Source of the DNA: Octopus vulgaris
Lineage: Eukaryota
Assembly: GCA_951406725.2 (NCBI GenBank)
Contig: OX597814.1
Span: 92,256,001-92,320,000 of the forward strand
Reading direction: 5' to 3'
DNA: 64,000 bases
Under the pieces are notes generated by a model. That model saw only the letters and a list, made by a program, of their open reading frames with translations, made no database searches and was not told where the DNA came from. Positions 58,301 to 64,000 of the stretch are shown here, piece by piece; within the stretch, counting starts at the first letter, position 1; each line of letters begins with the position of its first letter. A program made the position numbers and the translations under genes.

Positions 58301-58383
58301 TGTGACTTTATGTCATTTAAGAGGTACCTTTGTTTCCAAGGGGACCCCAAGCCACGCGCATTTACACAACCAATCTTGATCAT
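55334..58383 (-). pseudogene. ORF2: APE endonuclease, reverse transcriptase, CCHC; broken near 56925
   Basis: GCVNARGL, ITETR, VGDWN, SYLDRIL, TDHKLV, KSPGLDG, VRQGCPLS, YADD, CPRCGQSDETVLHALVQC; frame change at 56920-56935. Confidence 0.9.
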
Positions 58384-58427
58384 AGTCCTAATGAATTAGA
58401 ATACAAGTGAAAGGAACAGAGGGTTAC

Positions 58428-60431
58428 TTACTGCTCGAAAATTTTTGCTTTCTCCTCCTTTGGTTTGTCCTCGAGGAGGTCCCAGTACAGTTTCTTTGTG
58501 AGATATTTTTGGCATTTACCAACCGCGCTGGGGAAAATGCCTTTGAGTGTGTGGTGCAGACTTTTGGAGATGTGTAATATTTTGATGTGGTCTGGTGGTG
58601 TTGTGTATGGGTGATTGTTTGTTTTTATGTCATCTTCTGTTATGTTTGTTTTTGATTGGATGTATTCCATCAAATTTGTGTTTTTGGTGTCTATAGCTGT
58701 GAGCATGTTTGCTGTATATATTTTTGTGGTGTTGGTGTGGCTGTTGTTTGCGTTGGGTTTTGAAATGTCTTCGTGAGGTGTATTTCCCCCTGCTTTGTTC
58801 GTGTTTGCATTTGGTTTGGTTGTGTTTCTGCTCTTTATTTTCCTTCTTTTTGTAGCTATTTGCCATTCCTCACTGGTTTCGTCTTCCGACGAAATTTCTG
58901 AGAATCAGTAGGGGATAGGGGTATGTTGTGGGCTTCTATGTATGTCTGTGTAAGTGGTTGTGTTGTTGTTTTCGTTGTTGTTGGTTGTTGAGTGTTTGTG
59001 TGTGTTGAGTGCGGTATAAGGGATGGGGGATCAGTTTGTGTGTGTTTTCTTTGTTTTTCTGTTCCTTTGGGTTTTGCTGTTGTTGGTGGTGTTGGTATTT
59101 TTTCAGGTGTTGGGTGGTTTTTGGTTGATGACGGATTAGCTTGGTGTGCTTCTCTTGTCGTCTTCTGTGTTGATGGTGGTGTGGGTAGTAGAACTTTTTT
59201 TCCGGAGTGCTTTGGTTGTGGTAGTGGTTGTTGTTGTTGCTCTTGGTGTGCAGTGGTTGGGCACGTCTTTTTCAAGTGTGTTTCGCTTCCACACAAATAG
59301 CAGCGTGGTCGCCTGCCCTCTACCACTATATAGAGTTTGTAACCTCCTGGCAGTTCTATAGCGGTGGGTATCTTCTCTCTTGCTGCTTCATCCAATTGAA
59401 GCAGGAATTCGATTGATTTGCCCACATAGTCTTTCTCTCCTAGAACCGCGATTTCAAGGATGTTTGTCTCTGACATTGTCTCTGTCATTTCAAAGCAGAT
59501 GGCAGAGACCAACCATTGTGTTTCGACTTCAAGTGGTATGTTTTTTATTTGGACTTTCGTGACCCTTTTGTTTAAATAGACTGGTATCATTACCAAGTCG
59601 TCCGAATGCAGCTCCAATGTGGAAAAACGTTTTGCTAAACTTTCGTTGAGGAAACGTACTTGGACTGTACCAAATTTGTTTCCCCAACTGATATATTCCT
59701 TGGAGTCCCATGCAGGACGAAGGCATTTTTCGATTTTTTCCTGCGGTGCATTTTCTGTTCTTCTTGTTTTCTTGTTTATTACTTTATAAATTATTGTTTT
59801 TTTTTTGTGTGTTTTCTACGATGTGTTGTGGAATGTGAAGGTGCAATTTGTCTCCTTCTTTGGAGAAGAGTGCCTTTGTGCGGTTTATTTCTTGTGTGGT
59901 GAATTTTACAATTGTTCTTTTTTGTTTTGTTACGTCCGCAAAATTCGTTTTGAATTTGGCAGTAGAAGCGTTAATTGTGGCAGTTGAAGTCATGGTAGTG
60001 GTGTTGGTGTTGGCGGTATTAGCAGCAGAAGGCTTAGATGTAGCATTTGACGTCGTAGTAGTGGTGTTGGTGTTGGCGGTGTTGTCTTTGGTAGGCGGCT
60101 TTGTGCCAATTTCGTTGTTGTTGTTGGTGGTGGTGATGGTGGTGGTGCTGGCATTCATGTTTTCGTTTGTATTCATTTTTGAAATCCCTTTCTCCGTCCC
60201 TTTATCATCAACAAGTGGTGTGAGGAGTGAGGGGAAATCTAAGTTAATGTCTTTGGTCGCGGCGATGGTGAATGCGACGTTAGTTTTGTTGTTGTTGTTG
60301 GTGGTGGTGGTGATGGTGGTGACAGCGGTGTTCACGCTGCGATGTTTAGCAGCTAGTGGTAGCAATAGTGTTTTGCTACCGTTCTGCATGACTGGCGGGC
60401 TAGCCACGTGGTTTCTAGTTGCCATTTTCAA
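58428..60431 (-). pseudogene. ORF1, gag-like with zinc knuckle, frameshifted
   Basis: CYLCGSETHLKKTC (CX2CX4HX4C) in 58856-59617; Thr/Asn-rich N-terminus at 59784-60431; split across frames. Confidence 0.75.
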
Positions 60432-60654
60432 AATGAAAAATGGCTAAAAAACCAACGAAAGTTTTGAAAGTTTCTGGTAATTCCGCCCATACAGGGGCGG
60501 AATTCTACGTGAATAATTCTCAGGTTTTTTAGTGAATGAACTTGCACAACGATTAAAACAAAATATTTGACAACAAGGAGTTTTAAACATGTAAAAGTGG
60601 CCAACTTACGTGGAGCCGATATGACTAGCGTCCGTCCATTGTGAGCGAGAGATT

Positions 60655-60805
60655 GGTAGGTAGGTAGGTAGGTAAGTAGGTGGGTAGGTAGGTAGGTAGG
60701 TAGGTAGGTAGGTAGGTAGGTAGGTAGGTAGGAAGGTAGGTAGGTAAGTAGGTAGGGGAGTAGGTAGGTAGATAGATACATAGAGAGAGAGAGATAGAGA
60801 TAGAT

Positions 60806-60894
<89 letters not shown>

Positions 60895-61100
60895 TTGATA
60901 GATAGATAGATAGATAGATAGGTACGTACGTATGTAGGTAGGTAGGTAGGTAGAAAGATAGATAGATAGATTGATACATACATACATGCATACATACATA
61001 CATACATACATGCATACATACATACATGCATCCATACATACATACATACATGCATACATACATACATACATGCATACATACATACATACATGCATACATA
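60655..61100. repeat. Compound (GGTA)n/(GATA)n/(CATA)n microsatellite
   Basis: Direct reading. Confidence 0.95.
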
Positions 61101-62279
61101 ACTAATATAGACAGCGGTGTGCAATGCGTTACCAAAAAGGAAACTATAATTGCCATTAAATATGACTAAAGGTGTCACAACACTAACATTGCTAGAAATA
61201 AGAGATAAAGATAACCTGCTCTAATGCTGTATTCAAAACACATAATTTCAACTATGACCATCCAGTTATTTTGTAGGGATATATATGGACACAATCATCT
61301 TCTTTTTTTAAATCAAAGGTGTTAAAGTTTTATTGGAAGGAAATATAATTTTTTCTAGAAAATCAGTCTGCCAGTTAGAAACGCACTTGAAGGAAAGGTT
61401 GTGATTTGAGTTTAGCTCATATTATTAATATCTTGTTCAATCGCAGTACTTCGGTCCGCTAGATGACTGTGTCTTTTGGTAATGATGAACATTTTGACTG
61501 ACAACCTTTATTGAGTGTTTTGATTGCGGCTCACTAAATATCTTTAACAAGATATGTATCTCCATGTATTTCATTATAGTTTGGTATCGTTGAAACGTTA
61601 CTGATTCAGTTAAAAAAAAAATTAACTTTGGAATTTGTAAAGGTTGCATCTGCATATAGATTATATTTCGCTACTATGCTCACATTATCGATTTGTGTTT
61701 AGTAATTTCTTAATTGAATTTTTTTCATTGTAAATTTTATCTGTGAGAGATATACCTCGCTCGCATACATCCCTTAGCTCCAATCTCTCTGTCTTTCATC
61801 TCTCCCTTTCTCTTTCACTCTTTCTTGTATATGGTGCTCGCCATCTCATTTCAGTATAACAAATTTCTAATATCTATATGTTTGAAACAAATTTTATAGC
61901 ATTTCTAACATAGAGCCTCAGATGCTTATTAGTCCTGAATTTTTTTAATTTGTTTTCTAAAGAATCACCCCAAGCGCAGCTCCACATTTGTTAATTTGTC
62001 ACAAATAGATTTTCAGCCTAGACATCGATGAACACAGCATTGGCTACACAGAACAAAAGCGCTCCTCTGATTTTCTTGTAGTTATATGCAAATAAGGAAC
62101 CTGTGATGACCTCCAAGTTAGTGACCTTCATGGATTGCATCCTGCTACTAAAAGCATAATGCAAACATTTACTGCTCAGGCAAGAGTAAATTTGAGCTTT
62201 CTAGCATACACAGCCTCAACATCCTGCAACTTTTGGACATTACATATCATTATTCCATGGACGTTTCGAATTTTCTCAA

Positions 62280-62420
62280 ACTCTTCAGGCTATTCTTTTA
62301 AATTATAGGCAGCCATTCGCCTCTCTTTTGTGCAACATTTTCCCAATGAATGTAATTTATGTTCAACGACTTAGGTTTTGACAATACTTGGTTGCATAAT
62401 ACTTCTACTGTTCTTCATAG
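62280..62420 (-). mobile_element. Possible ancient RTE 3' remnant
   Basis: Minus strand KSLNINYIHWENVAQKRGEW resembles an RTE C-terminus. Confidence 0.3.
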
Positions 62421-63576
62421 TGTATATTTTTCATTTATACTTACTATGGTAATAGATTCAGAAAATCATTGTGCTATGGGAAACATTAACGGAGATATGT
62501 CAATATAAAACTAAAATTAGAAATATAAAACTAATAAAAGGTGAAATGAAATACTCGCAGGAAAATAAATATGTTTTGAGATATCATTAATCCAGAACCA
62601 TATTCTTTATTAAAATAGAGCTCCGAAAATATTTTCTTTTTGTTTCACGGCACGCCTGCATATTGGTTAAATGTTAGTCAATTTTTTCTTTCTAAGAAAT
62701 CAAGCGGAAATGACCATGATGTATGCTTACTAAATTACCCCACGTCGCATCAATTGCCAGCAAATCCAATGAATAATTTCAATTTCCGAAAAGTCTTTCA
62801 AAGACTTCCCTCAATTCAATAATTTCATTTCGAAAGCAGACATCCAATATTACTAACTACACTAAATCTCTCCAGACATGTTTGTTTTTTCATAATACGC
62901 ATTTTGCGGCCGCCATTTTGATTGGGTAGCATATGAAAATTATTTCCTCAACAACTCGAAAAGAAATATTTACAATTTTATCATTATTTTCTTTAAATTT
63001 CTATTACTACTCTTTCTAAAATTTCTTTACAGCAACTTTCATTATTACTTCATTATCTTAAGCTTGTTCTTGCTTCATTCGATCCCCTCTTACTTTCGTC
63101 GGAGACTAGTCAATTAACTTGTGTCTATATTGACTTATTTACTAATGTTATCATTTAAGGGAAACTATTCTATCAGGTTTTCTCTTCTTCATTCATTCGA
63201 TATACATTGTGTTAGGTACAAGAATCCTTTTCATCTCTAACTAATGAATCCGGAAAACATGACCAGTGAATGTTAACCTACAGAGGTCAATATTAACTCG
63301 AAATTTGTTCATTTAGTTAATAAAATCTATTCCTCTTCAAGTTACCTTTATCCAAATTTTCTTTTTTTATTTATTTTCACAAAAATGTAGTAGTTTAGAG
63401 ACATAGCTATTGTCTTTTCACTGCTAAATTACCATTACATATTAACCTAATCTTTAAGAAACGCCTCTTCTTTGGCAAGTTTTACAAATACGCACTCATA
63501 CAATGAAAAGTAATTGAACTAATCGACATGAAATCCTTCATCATTATACACCAACAACTGCTTCATAAATGTACTG

Positions 63577-63648
<72 letters not shown>

Positions 63649-64000
63649 GTTGCTGACGTAATTCACAAGTCACTTTAATTAATCACCTTTTCCTTGCCTT
63701 TCTTTACTGGAGTCGAATGCATTGCAAGCGTTAGGATAAAGCCGATTACTTCCAGCTTTTCGTTCCCACTGAAATGTCCGTGGGTACGACCTTCTCCACT
63801 TTTATTAATCTTTTAACAAAAGAAAGGCGATGTTTGAATTACTTTACATTGGAAAGGTCTTCATCTCAACAGTTTAGTGTCAATTAATCCAGCAGTAATA
63901 TTATGCATGAAATAATCTATGAACAAGGTCTTGTACAATTCAATAGTAAAAAGTAGGTGTATAGTATGATATAGGATATTTACCTAGAGTTTTCCACAGT

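Noticed and set aside
59805-60447. Hydrophobic plus-strand ORF of 199 aa
   Set aside because: Antisense shadow of the Thr/Asn-rich LINE ORF1

Overview
AT-rich, microsatellite-dense animal DNA with no recognisable host gene; the repeat content suggests an Octopus-type cephalopod (inference). Most ORF-track entries are translated microsatellites. Recognisable elements: Tc1/mariner/maT relics and a pogo-like MITE; three Helitrons; RTE and R4/Dong-like LINE fragments; a near full-length Tx1/L1-clade LINE inside (GATA)n; a decayed Penelope RT/GIY-YIG ORF; two abundant tRNA-derived SINE families. The strongest unexplained signal is several unrelated small non-coding elements carrying minimal type I hammerhead ribozyme motifs (CUGANGA, stem II, GAAA, palindromic stem III, UH). 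Most adjoin (TA)n tracts and are arranged as inverted duplications. The clearest is a 353-bp tandem plus inverted array at 42.3-43.8 kb resembling a non-LTR retrozyme (circRNA) locus. Another joins a tRNA-derived Pol III head to a hammerhead. All calls are by eye; no searches or folding computations were run.
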